Below are positions 39,641 through 51,027 of a stretch of 60,910 nucleotides of DNA, in pieces; position 1 is the first letter of the stretch, and every line of letters begins with the position of its first letter. A model generated the notes under the pieces. It saw nothing but the letters and a program-made list of their open reading frames with translations, ran no database searches and was not told where the DNA came from. Source of the stretch: an uncultured Bacteroides sp. (GTDB lineage Bacteria; Bacteroidota; Bacteroidia; Bacteroidales; Muribaculaceae); contig CAYTFG010000002.1 of NCBI GenBank assembly GCA_964436925.1, forward strand, positions 1 to 60,910, in the 5' to 3' direction. Position numbers and translations under genes: made by a program.

Positions 39641-40837
39641 CTATTTGTTCACAATTGAGTCAATGATGTCAATAGCAACTTGTGACTTTGGCTTGATGTC
39701 ATAGTCGCGGTGGGTGCCGTCGGCATTATAGATTGATACCTTGTTGTTGTCGGTACCAAAACAAGTTCCGGCGTTGCGTAGCGAGTTTAGCACAATCTTG
39801 TCGAGGTTCTTGCGCTTAAGCTTGTCGGTCGCGTTGCTCTCTTCATCGTTGGTCTCAAGTGCAAACCCAACGAGGATTTGACCGTCACGCTTCTTTCTCC
39901 CTAATGTCGCTGCAATATCAGGATTCTTTACAAGCTCAATGGTGGGTATTTCATCATGCTCGCGCTTTATCTTGCGGTCATGAACGGTTGACGGTCTATA
40001 ATCGGCAACTGCTGCGGTCAATATCGCGATATCGGCATCCTCAAATTCCTTCTCGGATGCTTCCAACATTTGTTGTGCCGATTCAACCTTTATCACTTCC
40101 ACATTTTTATGTGCACTCTTGATATCTACCGGACCGCTGACAATGACCACCTTAGCTCCGCGATTTGCAGCTTCTTCAGCGATAGCATAACCCATCTTGC
40201 CGGTTGAATAATTACCGATGAATCTCACCGGGTCAATTTTTTCGTATGTAGGCCCGGCTGTGATGAGAACTTTTTTCCCGGCTAAATCTTGGCCTTTCTC
40301 AAAATACTCATCAAGAACCTTGAAAATATTCTCAGGCTCTTCCATACGGCCTTTACCAATCAAGTGGCTTGCCAATTCACCCGCTGCCGGTTCAATTATG
40401 TGGTTGCCATAGCTCTTGAGAAGCTCAATGTTGCGTGTAGTTGAGGGATGTGCCATCATGTCTAAATCCATTGCAGGTGCAATGAATACGGGCGATTTTG
40501 CCGACAAATATGTCGTGATGAGCATATTATCTGCAACGCCGTTTGCCATCTTAGCAATTGTTGATGCTGTGGCGGGCGCTACGACCATTGCATCGGCCCA
40601 TAAACCTATGTCTACATGGCTGTGCCATTCGCCGGTGTTTGCCGTGAAAAATTCACTGATAACCGGTTTCCCGCTAAGTGCTGAAAGGGTCACCGGGGTA
40701 ATAAATTCTTTACCCGACGGGGTGATTACAACTTGCACTTCGGCTCCGGCTTTGACTAATAGGCGCAGTAGCGTAACTGATTTATATGCAGCAATGCCGC
40801 CCGAAATACCTAAAACGATGTGTTTACCTTTCAACAT
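39641..40837 (-). CDS. coaBC: Phosphopantothenoylcysteine decarboxylase / phosphopantothenate-cysteine ligase
   Basis: LGISGGIAAYK, APATA, PAMD, TAGPTYEKIDPVRFIGNYSTGKMG, AAVADY, VGFALET. Confidence 0.96.
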   Translation of the reverse strand: MLKGKHIVLGISGGIAAYKSVTLLRLLVKAGAEVQVVITPSGKEFITPVTLSALSGKPVISEFFTANTGEWHSHVDIGLWADAMVVAPATASTIAKMANGVADNMLITTYLSAKSPVFIAPAMDLDMMAHPSTTRNIELLKSYGNHIIEPAAGELASHLIGKGRMEEPENIFKVLDEYFEKGQDLAGKKVLITAGPTYEKIDPVRFIGNYSTGKMGYAIAEEAANRGAKVVIVSGPVDIKSAHKNVEVIKVESAQQMLEASEKEFEDADIAILTAAVADYRPSTVHDRKIKREHDEIPTIELVKNPDIAATLGRKKRDGQILVGFALETNDEESNATDKLKRKNLDKIVLNSLRNAGTCFGTDNNKVSIYNADGTHRDYDIKPKSQVAIDIIDSIVNK

Positions 40838-40915
40838 TTATTCTTTTGACTTAGTGGGTGATAGAGTTTGCTGTCAAATGCTTTAGTAAAGCACTAGACC
40901 AATATTTTTGCCTTG

Positions 40916-41677
40916 TTATAGTTGGTTTAATTTAATGCGAGTGAATGCAGCTTTTGTGTTAGCTGTGAAGTCTCCTTGCATTATCCAGCCATAGTAACCG
41001 GGGTCTTTCTCGAGGATTTCCTTAGCAGGACGACCTTTGTATTTACCGAAGTTGATTACCGGCTCATTCTTGTCGTTATATACAAGGCGACCGGCAAGGT
41101 CTACATTGCGGTTTTGTGATGAATAGTCGCTCAACTTGTCCATGTCGTTGGGAAGGTCGCTGTAACGGTCTAGTTGGGCTTTAAGCACTTCATAAGTTGC
41201 GCGTGTGTCAGCATTTGCTGAGTGTGCACCTTCCAGTGTCTTGCCACAGTAGAAGCGATAGGCTGCTTCAAGTGTGCGTTGCTCTTTCTTGTGGAAAATT
41301 GTTTGCACATCAATAAAACGACAATGTGAAAAGTCAAAGTCTACTCCGCAACGACGAAATTCCTCATCGAGCATCGGTATGTCAAATCGGTTTGAGTTGT
41401 AACCTGCGATGTCGCAACCTTTAAAAATGTCGGCCAACGAGCGCGCCAATTGCTTAAATGTCGGTTCATGGGCTACCATCTCATCGGTGATGTGGTGTAC
41501 AGCTGTCGCTTCTGCGGGAATCGGCATTTCCGGATTTATACGGCGTGTCTTAACTTCCTCATTGCCATTTGGCATAACTTTGATTAGAGATATCTCTACA
41601 ATGCGGTCACGAGTGATGTTCACCCCTGTAGTCTCTAAGTCAAAAAATATAATAGGTTTCTTTAAATTCAGTTCCAT
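40916..41677 (-). CDS. DEDDh 3'-5' exonuclease (DNA polymerase III epsilon-like)
   Basis: FFDLETTG, GYNSNRFD, AHSANAD, C-terminal FGKYKG; follows dnaN. Confidence 0.9.
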   Translation of the reverse strand: MELNLKKPIIFFDLETTGVNITRDRIVEISLIKVMPNGNEEVKTRRINPEMPIPAEATAVHHITDEMVAHEPTFKQLARSLADIFKGCDIAGYNSNRFDIPMLDEEFRRCGVDFDFSHCRFIDVQTIFHKKEQRTLEAAYRFYCGKTLEGAHSANADTRATYEVLKAQLDRYSDLPNDMDKLSDYSSQNRNVDLAGRLVYNDKNEPVINFGKYKGRPAKEILEKDPGYYGWIMQGDFTANTKAAFTRIKLNQL

Positions 41678-41705
41678 GTGATGTTATTTGTATAAAATCC
41701 TTGGA

Positions 41706-42836
41706 TTAGAAATCGCCAACGGCCATCGGCATCAAGAGAATGATAAGCTCTGAGTTTTCTTCATTTTCTGACAATGAGAATACTCCGGGACGACCGGGAT
41801 CGCTGAGGGCGATAACGATATCTTCGGTTGATAGTGTTCCAAAGATTTCAATTAGATAGGGTACGCTAAAGCCGATTACCAATTCATCTCCGTCATAGCT
41901 ACATGATATCTTTTCTTGTGCCATCGTGCAGGTGTTCACATCTTGAGCTTTAAGTTCAATCATGTTTTGTGTGATGCGGAAACGAACCAATCCACCGTTT
42001 GAATCAACAAATACTCCCACACGGCGCACTGCATTCAGAAGTTGACCGCGGTCTACTGTGACTACTCGTGGATTGTTTTGTGGAATTACACGGTTATAAT
42101 CGGGGAAGTTACCCTTGATGAAACGGCAATTGAAAGTGAATGATTCGCTTTCGATTGTTGCGCATTTTCTTGTCAATGTTACGTGGATGAGCTCTTCCTT
42201 TGCAAATACATTCTTCAAGACGGTTGCAGGCTTTATTGGCATAATGCATGAGCCGGTAACGCCCGGTTCGGCCATCGAATTGGTGTATTTTACAAGCTTA
42301 CGGGTATCGGTAGCTACAAATGTGATTGCTTCAGGCTTGATGTCTAGGTAAATACCCATCATTTGTGGACGGAATTCGTCTGAGCTGACTGCAAAAAGAG
42401 TGTTGTCAATACCCTTGATGATTTGCTCGGCAGGAATTATGAAATTCACAGGGTCTACGCCTTCATCTTCCTTCTTGTATTGGGGATATTCATCACCGTT
42501 CAAGCCCATGAGGTCATAATTACCGTTTGAAGATGAAATGTTTACTTCGAGATTGCTTTCGTTGATTTCAAAATTGATACCTTCATCAGGTAATTGCTTC
42601 AATAAATCAACCAAGCGTCTTGCATCAATACAAAATTTTCCCGAACCTTCTGCGTTTGATACGGGAACTCGTGCGGTGAGCGCATTTTCAGTGTCTGAAC
42701 CTGAAATCGTCAATGTGTCACCGTCTAACACGAAGAGAAAGTTATTGAGAATTTGCAATGCATTTTTTGCATTTATGACTTTGCTCACTGCCGATGTGTA
42801 ATTGTACAGTGTCTTGCTTGGTACCTGGAATTTCAT
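41706..42836 (-). CDS. dnaN: DNA polymerase III beta clamp
   Basis: ILNNFLF, FAVSSDEFRPQMMG, VATDTRKL, FPDYNRVIP, LLMPM. Confidence 0.96.
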   Translation of the reverse strand: MKFQVPSKTLYNYTSAVSKVINAKNALQILNNFLFVLDGDTLTISGSDTENALTARVPVSNAEGSGKFCIDARRLVDLLKQLPDEGINFEINESNLEVNISSSNGNYDLMGLNGDEYPQYKKEDEGVDPVNFIIPAEQIIKGIDNTLFAVSSDEFRPQMMGIYLDIKPEAITFVATDTRKLVKYTNSMAEPGVTGSCIMPIKPATVLKNVFAKEELIHVTLTRKCATIESESFTFNCRFIKGNFPDYNRVIPQNNPRVVTVDRGQLLNAVRRVGVFVDSNGGLVRFRITQNMIELKAQDVNTCTMAQEKISCSYDGDELVIGFSVPYLIEIFGTLSTEDIVIALSDPGRPGVFSLSENEENSELIILLMPMAVGDF

Positions 42837-43055
42837 ATATGATATGGTTTTATATTTATTTCTATATCAATCAGTTATCTGGATTGTTTTTATAGCCCAA
42901 TCCAATTTACAAATATAGAAAAAATTTTCCATATCAAACGCAAATTTTCTTATTAATTTATTTACACTCAATGCTCTTTGCCCTTATTTTTCCCTTTTAA
43001 TGCGATGTGTGTTCTCTCTCGTGTTTTGCCATCTTTTGCTGTGATTATAACACAA

Positions 43056-43100
43056 TAGGGGCGCAATTTTAGCTTTTTATCAGCCTAAATTGCGCCCCTA
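43056..43100 (-). terminator. Terminator of the nitrogen-assimilation operon
   Basis: taggggcgcaattt...aaattgcgccccta 14-bp stem just after the purF-like stop. Confidence 0.75.
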
Positions 43101-43121
43101 ACTATTTAAATGACTTAAGCT

Positions 43122-45008
43122 TTATCGTTTCTCTGTGTTTCCTTCAAAGTAATTTATATAAGCTTGATTTACAAGGCGTGTACCGCCGGGAGTGGGGTAG
43201 TTGCCCGAGAAGTACCAGTCACCCGGATGATTGGGCACTGCTTCATGTAATCCGTCAAGTGTTTGATAGATAATTTCAACTTCTGCATTTATCTCAGGGC
43301 TGGTTAGCATCTGAGCAATTTTAGTTGAAATTTCCTTATCGGTGAACGGCTCATAAATAGCTTTCACACAGTTCACTTGCTCGCTTGGCTTCAACTTGAG
43401 CTGTTCCTTACAGTTGTTGTAAACATCCTCAAGTAATGACTCCTTGCCGTGGTCTTTTAGCAGTTCCACTGCCGCCTTAAATGCGATAAATTCAGCCATA
43501 CGTGACATATCAATGCCGTAGTAATCGGGATAGCGCACTTGTGGTGATGATGAAACCACAACAATCTTCTTGGGATGCAGACGGTCAAGCATACGTATAA
43601 TTGACTGCTTCAACGTCGTTCCGCGCACGATTGAGTCATCAATAACGACTAGATTGTCAACGTTGTTTTTAATGCAACCATAGGTTACATCATACACGTG
43701 AGCTGCCAAGTCATTACGTGATGCGCCTTCTGCAATAAATGTGCGAAGCTTGATATCCTTGATTGCCACCTTTTCAATGCGAACCTTGCGTTGGAGTATC
43801 TTGTCAAGCTCTTCACTGTTTAATGCCCCTTTGCTGTTGGCTTGGAGTATTGCCTCTGCCTTTTGGCGATTATTGAGCTCCTCAAGTCCCTCAAACATGC
43901 CGTAGAAAGCCACTTCGGCAGTGTTTGGGATGAATGAGAACACTGAATTTTCAAAGTCATTATCACAAGCCTCAAGAACTTCTTTTGCCAAATTGTGACC
44001 AAGCTCTTTGCGCTCGCGATAAATGTCGGCATCGCTACCGCGAGAGAAGTAAATGCGCTCAAATGAGCATTTCTCGTTCTTTCCCTCTCCGAGGACGTCG
44101 GTAATTTCAATTTTGCCGCTTTTTGAAACAATAATTGCGCTACCCGGTTGTAGCTCATTCACTTGACAGCGACGCACGTTTAATGCTGTTTGGATAACCG
44201 GACGTTCCGATGCTACTACAACGATTTCGTCATCATAGTAATAGAATGCCGGTCTGATTCCATGTGGGTCGCGCAAGGTAAACATGTCACCTGAGCCCGT
44301 TGCTCCACATATCACATATCCGCCGTCCCATGATGGTGATGCCGAAGTCAAGACGTTGCGTAAGTCTAGGTTATCTTCAATTGCAATGCTCAAATTTGGC
44401 CCTTCTACCTTGTCGCGATATTCGCGATACAAGCGATGGTTCTCTTTATCAAGAGCATACCCAAGTTGCTCAAGCAATACAATTGTATCACTATAAATGC
44501 GTGGATGTTGACCATGTTCAACGATGTCTTTAAACACTTCGTCAACATTTGTCATATTGAAGTTGCCACACAACAATAGGTTGCGAGAACGCCAATTGTT
44601 GCGGCGTAAAAACGGATGAACGTAGCTGATGCCTGAGCGACCTGTTGTTGAATAGCGCAAGTGACCCATATATATTTCTCCGATAAACGGCGTATATGCG
44701 TCAATTTCTTCAGCGCTCGATGTGCTATTGTCAACATTGCCCACTTGCTGATGTATCTTTGAGAATATCTCTTGGATAGCACCTGACCCTAGTGCTCGCT
44801 CGCGAAACACATATTCGTTACCGGGAACAGGGTGCATCTTTACAACTCCAACTCCGGCACCTTCTTGACCGCGGTTGTGTTGCTTTTCCATCAACAAATA
44901 CAGCTTATTCAACCCATAGTCATAGGTGCCGTATTTCTCTTTGTAATACTCAAGAGGCTTCAGTAGTCGGATGATGGCGATGCCACATTCATGTTTTAAT
45001 TGTTCCAT
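43122..45008 (-). CDS. purF: Amidophosphoribosyltransferase, long Bacteroidetes type (class II glutamine amidotransferase + PRTase)
   Basis: KHECG N-terminal nucleophile, QHNRGQEGAG, GHLRYSTTG, RDPHGIRP, CSFERIYFSR, VVIDDSIVRGTT. Confidence 0.85.
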   Translation of the reverse strand: MEQLKHECGIAIIRLLKPLEYYKEKYGTYDYGLNKLYLLMEKQHNRGQEGAGVGVVKMHPVPGNEYVFRERALGSGAIQEIFSKIHQQVGNVDNSTSSAEEIDAYTPFIGEIYMGHLRYSTTGRSGISYVHPFLRRNNWRSRNLLLCGNFNMTNVDEVFKDIVEHGQHPRIYSDTIVLLEQLGYALDKENHRLYREYRDKVEGPNLSIAIEDNLDLRNVLTSASPSWDGGYVICGATGSGDMFTLRDPHGIRPAFYYYDDEIVVVASERPVIQTALNVRRCQVNELQPGSAIIVSKSGKIEITDVLGEGKNEKCSFERIYFSRGSDADIYRERKELGHNLAKEVLEACDNDFENSVFSFIPNTAEVAFYGMFEGLEELNNRQKAEAILQANSKGALNSEELDKILQRKVRIEKVAIKDIKLRTFIAEGASRNDLAAHVYDVTYGCIKNNVDNLVVIDDSIVRGTTLKQSIIRMLDRLHPKKIVVVSSSPQVRYPDYYGIDMSRMAEFIAFKAAVELLKDHGKESLLEDVYNNCKEQLKLKPSEQVNCVKAIYEPFTDKEISTKIAQMLTSPEINAEVEIIYQTLDGLHEAVPNHPGDWYFSGNYPTPGGTRLVNQAYINYFEGNTEKR

Positions 45009-45052
45009 ATATTAATTACTTAAAGATAAGCGACAATCAAGATTTTTATTTT

Positions 45053-46480
45053 TTAATTCTTAGATTTCAAATACTTATTGATGCCTTGAGCCGCACGGCG
45101 TCCCGAGGCAATACATTTTACCACTAGTGATGCTCCTGTTGATGCGTCGCCGGCGGCAAACACTCCGTCAACCGATGTTGACTGGTCGCCGTTGACTTTC
45201 ACATTCTTGCGAGCATCTTTTTCTGCACCAAGCTCTTCCAACAGGCCTTCTTGCACAGGATTGGTAAATCCCATTGCCAATAGCACCAATTCGGCCTTTA
45301 TTACTTCGGTTTTGCCGGTGTGAATGAGATTCATGCGACCACTCTCCGGGTCTTTCTCCCACTCAACACTTTCCACTTCAACGCCCACAACTTTACCGTT
45401 TTCTCCGATAAATTTGCGTGAGTCTAGGAGCCAACGACGTGTGCACCCTTCAGCATGAGAACTTGTTGTCTTCAAGATGATGGGCCAGTTGGGCCATGGC
45501 GTGTCGGGATTATCACCTTCAGGTGGCTTAGGCATAATTTCAATCTGAGTTACTGACAAGGCGCCTTGTCGGTTGGCGGTTCCCACGCAGTCGCTACCGG
45601 TGTCACCACCACCAATTACCAACACATTCTTGCCCTTGGCCGAAATGCGGTGGTTCTTGTCAAATTCAGCTCCTGCAACAACTCTGTTTTGCTGTTGTAG
45701 AAGTTCAAGCGCATAATGCACGCCGTTAAGTTCGCGTCCCTCGATGTTGAGATTTCTTGGAACACCTGCACCTATTGTGACGCACACTGCATCATATTCC
45801 TTCTGAATATCGGCTAGGTGGATATCTTTGCCAACTTCAGTGTTGCACACAAATTGAACGCCTTCTTCACGCATAAGGTCAAGACGACGGTCAATTACAC
45901 TTTTATTCAATTTGAAGTCGGGGATTCCCAATCTTAGGAGCCCGCCGATTACTTCATTTTTCTCATATACAACAACATTATGCCCCATCTGGTTCAGTTG
46001 ATTGGCACATGCCAATCCCGATGGTCCCGAACCGATGATTGCAACCTTTTTACCTGAACGGCGTGACGGAATGCGAGGCGATACAATACCCTCGCTGAAT
46101 GCACGTTCTGCTATTGCACATTCGTTTTCACGTATTGTCACAGGTTCATGGATTTTATATAGCACACAACTCTTTTCGCAGAGCGCAGGACAGATACGTC
46201 CTGTAAATTCCGGAAAATCATTTGTTGCTGTGAGCAATTTATAGGCACCTTCGATATCGTTGTGATAAAGTCTATCTTGCCATTCCGGTTGTTTGTTGCC
46301 CAGCGGACAGCTCCAGTGGCAGAAAGGCACGCCGCAGTCCATGCATCTTGATGCTTGCAGACGGCGGTCTTCTGAGTTCAGCGTTTGCTCAACTTCACCA
46401 TAGTCTTTAACGCGGTCGGCTTTAGGACGATACCCGGCCTCTTTTCTATTGATTGTTAGAAATGCTTTAGGATTTCCCAT
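45053..46480 (-). CDS. gltD: Glutamate synthase small subunit
   Basis: RCMDCGVPFC, FPEFTGRICPALCE, IIGSGPSG, IGGGDTGSDC. Confidence 0.96.
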   Translation of the reverse strand: MGNPKAFLTINRKEAGYRPKADRVKDYGEVEQTLNSEDRRLQASRCMDCGVPFCHWSCPLGNKQPEWQDRLYHNDIEGAYKLLTATNDFPEFTGRICPALCEKSCVLYKIHEPVTIRENECAIAERAFSEGIVSPRIPSRRSGKKVAIIGSGPSGLACANQLNQMGHNVVVYEKNEVIGGLLRLGIPDFKLNKSVIDRRLDLMREEGVQFVCNTEVGKDIHLADIQKEYDAVCVTIGAGVPRNLNIEGRELNGVHYALELLQQQNRVVAGAEFDKNHRISAKGKNVLVIGGGDTGSDCVGTANRQGALSVTQIEIMPKPPEGDNPDTPWPNWPIILKTTSSHAEGCTRRWLLDSRKFIGENGKVVGVEVESVEWEKDPESGRMNLIHTGKTEVIKAELVLLAMGFTNPVQEGLLEELGAEKDARKNVKVNGDQSTSVDGVFAAGDASTGASLVVKCIASGRRAAQGINKYLKSKN

Positions 46481-46515
46481 TTTTGTCTTTAATTTACATG
46501 AAATACACTACCACG

Positions 46516-49500
46516 TTAATAATCTCTTTCCATTTGAGCTATCTTCTGTTGAAGCTTCTGAACTTTCTCTTCATGAAGAACTTTCTTGTACTCATAAGGA
46601 ATTACCTTGATGAATTGATTGACATATTCATGCCAATTCTCAAGTATTTTAGCTGCTAGCGGGCTACGTGTATATTTGTAGTGGTTGCTTATTAAGCGAT
46701 ATAGCTCGCGGTTATCGCTCATGTCCTCTATCAATGATAATTCAACTGTCTCCATGTTACAGAAATAGTCAAAATTACCTGTTGGATTCCACACGTATGC
46801 GATACCTCCGCTCATACCGGCTGCAAAGTTACGTCCTGTTGAGCCGAGTACAACCGTGCGACCGCCTGTCATGTATTCACAGCAGTGGTCTCCCACGCCT
46901 TCTACTACTGCAGTAGCGCCTGAGTTACGCACACAGAAACGTTCGCCGACACGTCCGTTGATGTAAACCTCACCGCCGGTAGCTCCATAAAGCAACGTGT
47001 TACCTGCGATAATGTTTTCCTCAGGAGCAAATGTGCTGCCAACGGGTGGTACGATGATGATTTTACCGCCCGACAAGCTCTTGCCCACATAGTCATTGGC
47101 ATCACCTTCCAAGCGGAATGTCATACCGCGAGTGAGGAATGATGCAAAACTTTGTCCGGCCGAGCCTTTGAACGTGCAAGATATTGTATTGTCTGGTAAT
47201 CCGGCATCGCCATATTTTGTAGCTACTACACCCGAAAGCATTGCGCCCACCGAACGGTTGATGTTGGTGATTGTGAAGTCCAAGTCAACCGGCATTTGTG
47301 ACTCGATAGCAGGGTAGCAACGAGCTATCAAATTGCGGTCAAGAACGTTCTCAATGTCATGATGTTGCTCGCTGACGTTGATGATAGCGTTAGTCTTGCT
47401 CTCTTGTGGGAAATATATGATTTTTGAGAAATCGAGGTGTGAAGTCTTGGATGTTGTCACATTTTCTTTGACTGTGAGCAAATCACTGCGACCAATGATT
47501 TCATCCATGCTGTGGATTCCCATCTCAGCCATTGTCTCTCTAATCTCTTGTGCAAGGAACTTGAAGAAGTTCACTACATAGGCTGAACGGCCCAAGAAGC
47601 GCTTGCGAAGCTCGGGATTTTGAGTGGCTACACCCACAGGGCAAGTATTCATGTGACACTTTCTCATCATCACGCAACCCAATACTATCAACGCACTTGT
47701 TGCAAAGCCAAATTCCTCGGCACCAAGCATTGCCATGATAATGACATCACGCGCTGTCTTCAATTGACCGTCAACTTGCAATTTTACTTGACCTCTAAGG
47801 TTGTTGAGCACAAGTGTCTGTTGAGTCTCTGCAAGACCTATTTCGGCAGGTAAGCCCGCATATCTGATTGAACTTGCAGGTGACGCGCCTGTACCACCTT
47901 CACATCCGCTGATGGTGATTAAGTCGCTCTTTGCTTTAGCCACGCCGGCAGCAATTGTGCCAACACCGCTTTCCGATACAAGTTTTACGCTGACTCTTGC
48001 TCGTGGATTTATATTCTTCAAGTCAAAGATGAGCTGTGCCAAGTCTTCGATTGAATAGATATCATGATGAGGTGGGGGAGAGATGAGGGTAATGCCAGGG
48101 ATTGAGTGACGAGTCTTGGCGATAATATTATCTACCTTGAAGCCCGGCAACTGTCCGCCTTCACCCGGTTTTGCTCCTTGCGCTACCTTGATTTGCAATT
48201 CATCGGCATTTACCAGATATTCAGCTGTCACGCCGAAACGTCCTGATGCCACTTGCTTGATTGCGCTGCGAGCTGATGTGCCGTCGGCACGCGGTTTAAA
48301 TCTTTCGGGGTCTTCACCGCCTTCACCTGTGTTGCTTCGTGCTCCAATCTCGTTCATCGCAATACCCAGTGCCTCGTGAGCCTCACGGCTGATTGAACCG
48401 AATGACATTGCACCGGTCACAAAGCGGTGAGTGATATTTTCTATCGGCTCTACTTCCTCAATAGGAATTGGGGTGCCTTTCTTGAAATCCAAGAAGTCGC
48501 GTATGAATATTGGCGCAGGCTTGTTGTCAACAAGTGAAGTATATTCTTTAAACTTCTTGTAGCTACCCAAGCGAGTTGCCAGTTGAAGTGTCGAAATCGT
48601 TTCAGGAGTCCATGCGTGTTGCTCACCATCCTTGCGGAATGAATAGATTCCCAAGTGACGCATTGGCGCTTCTGTGTCAAATTCTTCAGAGAAGGCTGCT
48701 TGGTGAGATGCAAGGATATCATGGCTGAGGTCTTCAATGGTGAGACCGCCTATCTTGCTTACCGTGCCTCCAAAATATTGATTGCAAAGTTCATCGCTCA
48801 AGCCGATAGCTTCAAATAATTGGGCGCCCTTGTAGCTCGTGAGAGTTGAGATACCCATTTTTGACATGATTTTCAGCAAGCCCTTGTCGATGGCTTTGAT
48901 ATAATTCTTTGTTGCTGTGTTATAGTCAAGTTGGATTTCCTTGTCGTTGACCAAGCGGTCAATTACGGCAAATGCCAAATATGGATTCACAGCACTTGCT
49001 CCATATCCCGACAGCAATGCAAAGTGCATTACTTCACGTGCATCAGCGGTTTCAACAATCAACGCTGTCTGTACACGCTTTTTGCAGTCTATCAAGTGAT
49101 GATGCACTGCCGATGTTGCGAGCAATGACGGAATCGGCGCATTTTCAGCATCTACACTGCGGTCTGAGAGCACGATGTAGTTGCAACCTTCATCAACCGC
49201 CTTTTCTGCTTCTTCACACAAGCGTTGGATGCCTTTTCTCAATCCTTCGTGACCGTCTTTCACGGCAAATGTCATCGAAAGTTTGCGTGTGTTGAAGCCC
49301 TTATATCTCAAGTTGCACAGCAAGTCTAATTCGCGATTGGTAAGGATTGGCCGCTTAAGCTCAACCATCTTACACAAATCGGGGGTTGGGTCCATCAAGT
49401 TGAGGTTGATAGCACCGATGTAGCTGTCAAGGCTCATCACAAGCTCTTCACGCAACGGGTCAATCGGCGGGTTGGTGACCTGAGCAAAGTGTTGGCGGAA

Positions 49501-51027
49501 GTAACTGTACATTACTTGACCTTGCGAGCTCAATACGGCAAGCGGAGTGTCATTACCCATTGAATTGATTGGCTCTTTGCTGTCAACAACCATCGGGGTG
49601 ATGATGCGCTCAACTTCCTCGCGGTGATAAGAGAATGCTCTCAACAAGCGGTCAAAGTTGGCAACCGTATTTTCTACTTTACGGCCTGAGTTTATCTTGT
49701 CAAGCTTGATGCGGTTAAGTGACAACCAGTCGCGATAAGGAAATTCCGATGCCAGCATCTTCTTTAGCTCTGCATCGTGAAGCACCTTAGCTTGCTCCAT
49801 ATCCACCATCAACATCTTTCCCGGACGCAGACGGCCCTTTTCCTTAACTTCAGAAGCGTCAAATGCAAGTACGCCCATTTCTGAAGCGATAACCATCGTG
49901 TCGTTGTTTGTGATTAGATAACGGGCAGGTCTCAAACCATTGCGGTCAAGCATACCGCCGGCATATCGTCCGTCGCTGAACAACAACGTTGCCGGACCGT
50001 CCCATGGCTCCATCAAGATTGAATGATATTCATAGAACGCCTTTAATTCAGGCGATATCGGGTTCTTGTCGTTGAAACTTTCAGGAACAAGCATTGCGAG
50101 CGCGCGAGGCAAGCTCATGCCGCCCATGACAAAGTATTCAAGCACATTATCAAGCGATGCACTGTCGCTCATGCCCTCTTGAACGATAGGGGTGAGGTCG
50201 GCATCACCGAAGGCTGCAGGTTTAAGCACACATTCGCGCGCTTTCATCCACATGCGGTTTCCCTGAATTGTGTTTATCTCGCCGTTGTGGCCCAACATTC
50301 TGAACGGTTGAGCAAGTGCCCATGTCGGGAATGTGTTGGTGCTGAAACGTGAGTGAACCAGCGCCATTGCTGTGGTGAAATGCGGGTTCATCAAGTCGGG
50401 GAAATAATATCTTAATTGTAGCGATGACAACATACCCTTGTACACGATATTCTTTGATGACAAAGACACGATGTAAAAGTCTTCCTTGTCGGGTAATGCT
50501 GTTTCGGCTATCTTCTTTTCAATTTTACGACGTAATATGTAAAGTCGTGGTTCTATCGGGTCATTAGATACTTCATCTGCAATAAATATCTGCTTGATGA
50601 CCGGCTCGGCGCTGCGAGCCACCGCTCCAAGTTGACTGTTATTGGTGGGAACGTCACGCACAGGCAAGAATGACAAGCCTGCTTCGATAACTTCTCTTTC
50701 GATTAGATCAAGTATAATGTTTTGCGATTCTTCATTCTTTGGAAGGAATATAAGTCCTGTACCATATCGGCCTTTTTCAGGTACTGCGATACCTTGCAGC
50801 AATATAAATTCGTGAGGAATTTGAACCATGATACCTGCACCGTCACCGGTTTTTGCATCTGCGCCTTCTGCGCCGCGGTGTACCATGTGTTCAAGTACTT
50901 GTAGACCTTTCTCTACGAGCTGATGTGATTTCACGCCCCTGATGTTTACCAGGAGTCCTACACCACAAGCATCTTTCTCATATCTCGGGTCATATAGGCC
51001 TTGTGCTTTAGGTAATTTGTTGTACAT
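46516..51027 (-). CDS. gltB: Glutamate synthase large subunit
   Basis: DACGVG, HSRFSTNTFP, EPWDGPA, FAQVTNPPID, IKQVASGRFGV, GCVMMRKCHMNTCPVG, EYMTGG. Confidence 0.97.
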   Translation of the reverse strand: MYNKLPKAQGLYDPRYEKDACGVGLLVNIRGVKSHQLVEKGLQVLEHMVHRGAEGADAKTGDGAGIMVQIPHEFILLQGIAVPEKGRYGTGLIFLPKNEESQNIILDLIEREVIEAGLSFLPVRDVPTNNSQLGAVARSAEPVIKQIFIADEVSNDPIEPRLYILRRKIEKKIAETALPDKEDFYIVSLSSKNIVYKGMLSSLQLRYYFPDLMNPHFTTAMALVHSRFSTNTFPTWALAQPFRMLGHNGEINTIQGNRMWMKARECVLKPAAFGDADLTPIVQEGMSDSASLDNVLEYFVMGGMSLPRALAMLVPESFNDKNPISPELKAFYEYHSILMEPWDGPATLLFSDGRYAGGMLDRNGLRPARYLITNNDTMVIASEMGVLAFDASEVKEKGRLRPGKMLMVDMEQAKVLHDAELKKMLASEFPYRDWLSLNRIKLDKINSGRKVENTVANFDRLLRAFSYHREEVERIITPMVVDSKEPINSMGNDTPLAVLSSQGQVMYSYFRQHFAQVTNPPIDPLREELVMSLDSYIGAINLNLMDPTPDLCKMVELKRPILTNRELDLLCNLRYKGFNTRKLSMTFAVKDGHEGLRKGIQRLCEEAEKAVDEGCNYIVLSDRSVDAENAPIPSLLATSAVHHHLIDCKKRVQTALIVETADAREVMHFALLSGYGASAVNPYLAFAVIDRLVNDKEIQLDYNTATKNYIKAIDKGLLKIMSKMGISTLTSYKGAQLFEAIGLSDELCNQYFGGTVSKIGGLTIEDLSHDILASHQAAFSEEFDTEAPMRHLGIYSFRKDGEQHAWTPETISTLQLATRLGSYKKFKEYTSLVDNKPAPIFIRDFLDFKKGTPIPIEEVEPIENITHRFVTGAMSFGSISREAHEALGIAMNEIGARSNTGEGGEDPERFKPRADGTSARSAIKQVASGRFGVTAEYLVNADELQIKVAQGAKPGEGGQLPGFKVDNIIAKTRHSIPGITLISPPPHHDIYSIEDLAQLIFDLKNINPRARVSVKLVSESGVGTIAAGVAKAKSDLITISGCEGGTGASPASSIRYAGLPAEIGLAETQQTLVLNNLRGQVKLQVDGQLKTARDVIIMAMLGAEEFGFATSALIVLGCVMMRKCHMNTCPVGVATQNPELRKRFLGRSAYVVNFFKFLAQEIRETMAEMGIHSMDEIIGRSDLLTVKENVTTSKTSHLDFSKIIYFPQESKTNAIINVSEQHHDIENVLDRNLIARCYPAIESQMPVDLDFTITNINRSVGAMLSGVVATKYGDAGLPDNTISCTFKGSAGQSFASFLTRGMTFRLEGDANDYVGKSLSGGKIIIVPPVGSTFAPEENIIAGNTLLYGATGGEVYINGRVGERFCVRNSGATAVVEGVGDHCCEYMTGGRTVVLGSTGRNFAAGMSGGIAYVWNPTGNFDYFCNMETVELSLIEDMSDNRELYRLISNHYKYTRSPLAAKILENWHEYVNQFIKVIPYEYKKVLHEEKVQKLQQKIAQMERDY

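Noticed and set aside
42837-43121. oriC upstream of dnaN
   Set aside because: No dnaA adjacent and no TTWTNCACA box cluster found; region is explained by a promoter and a terminator
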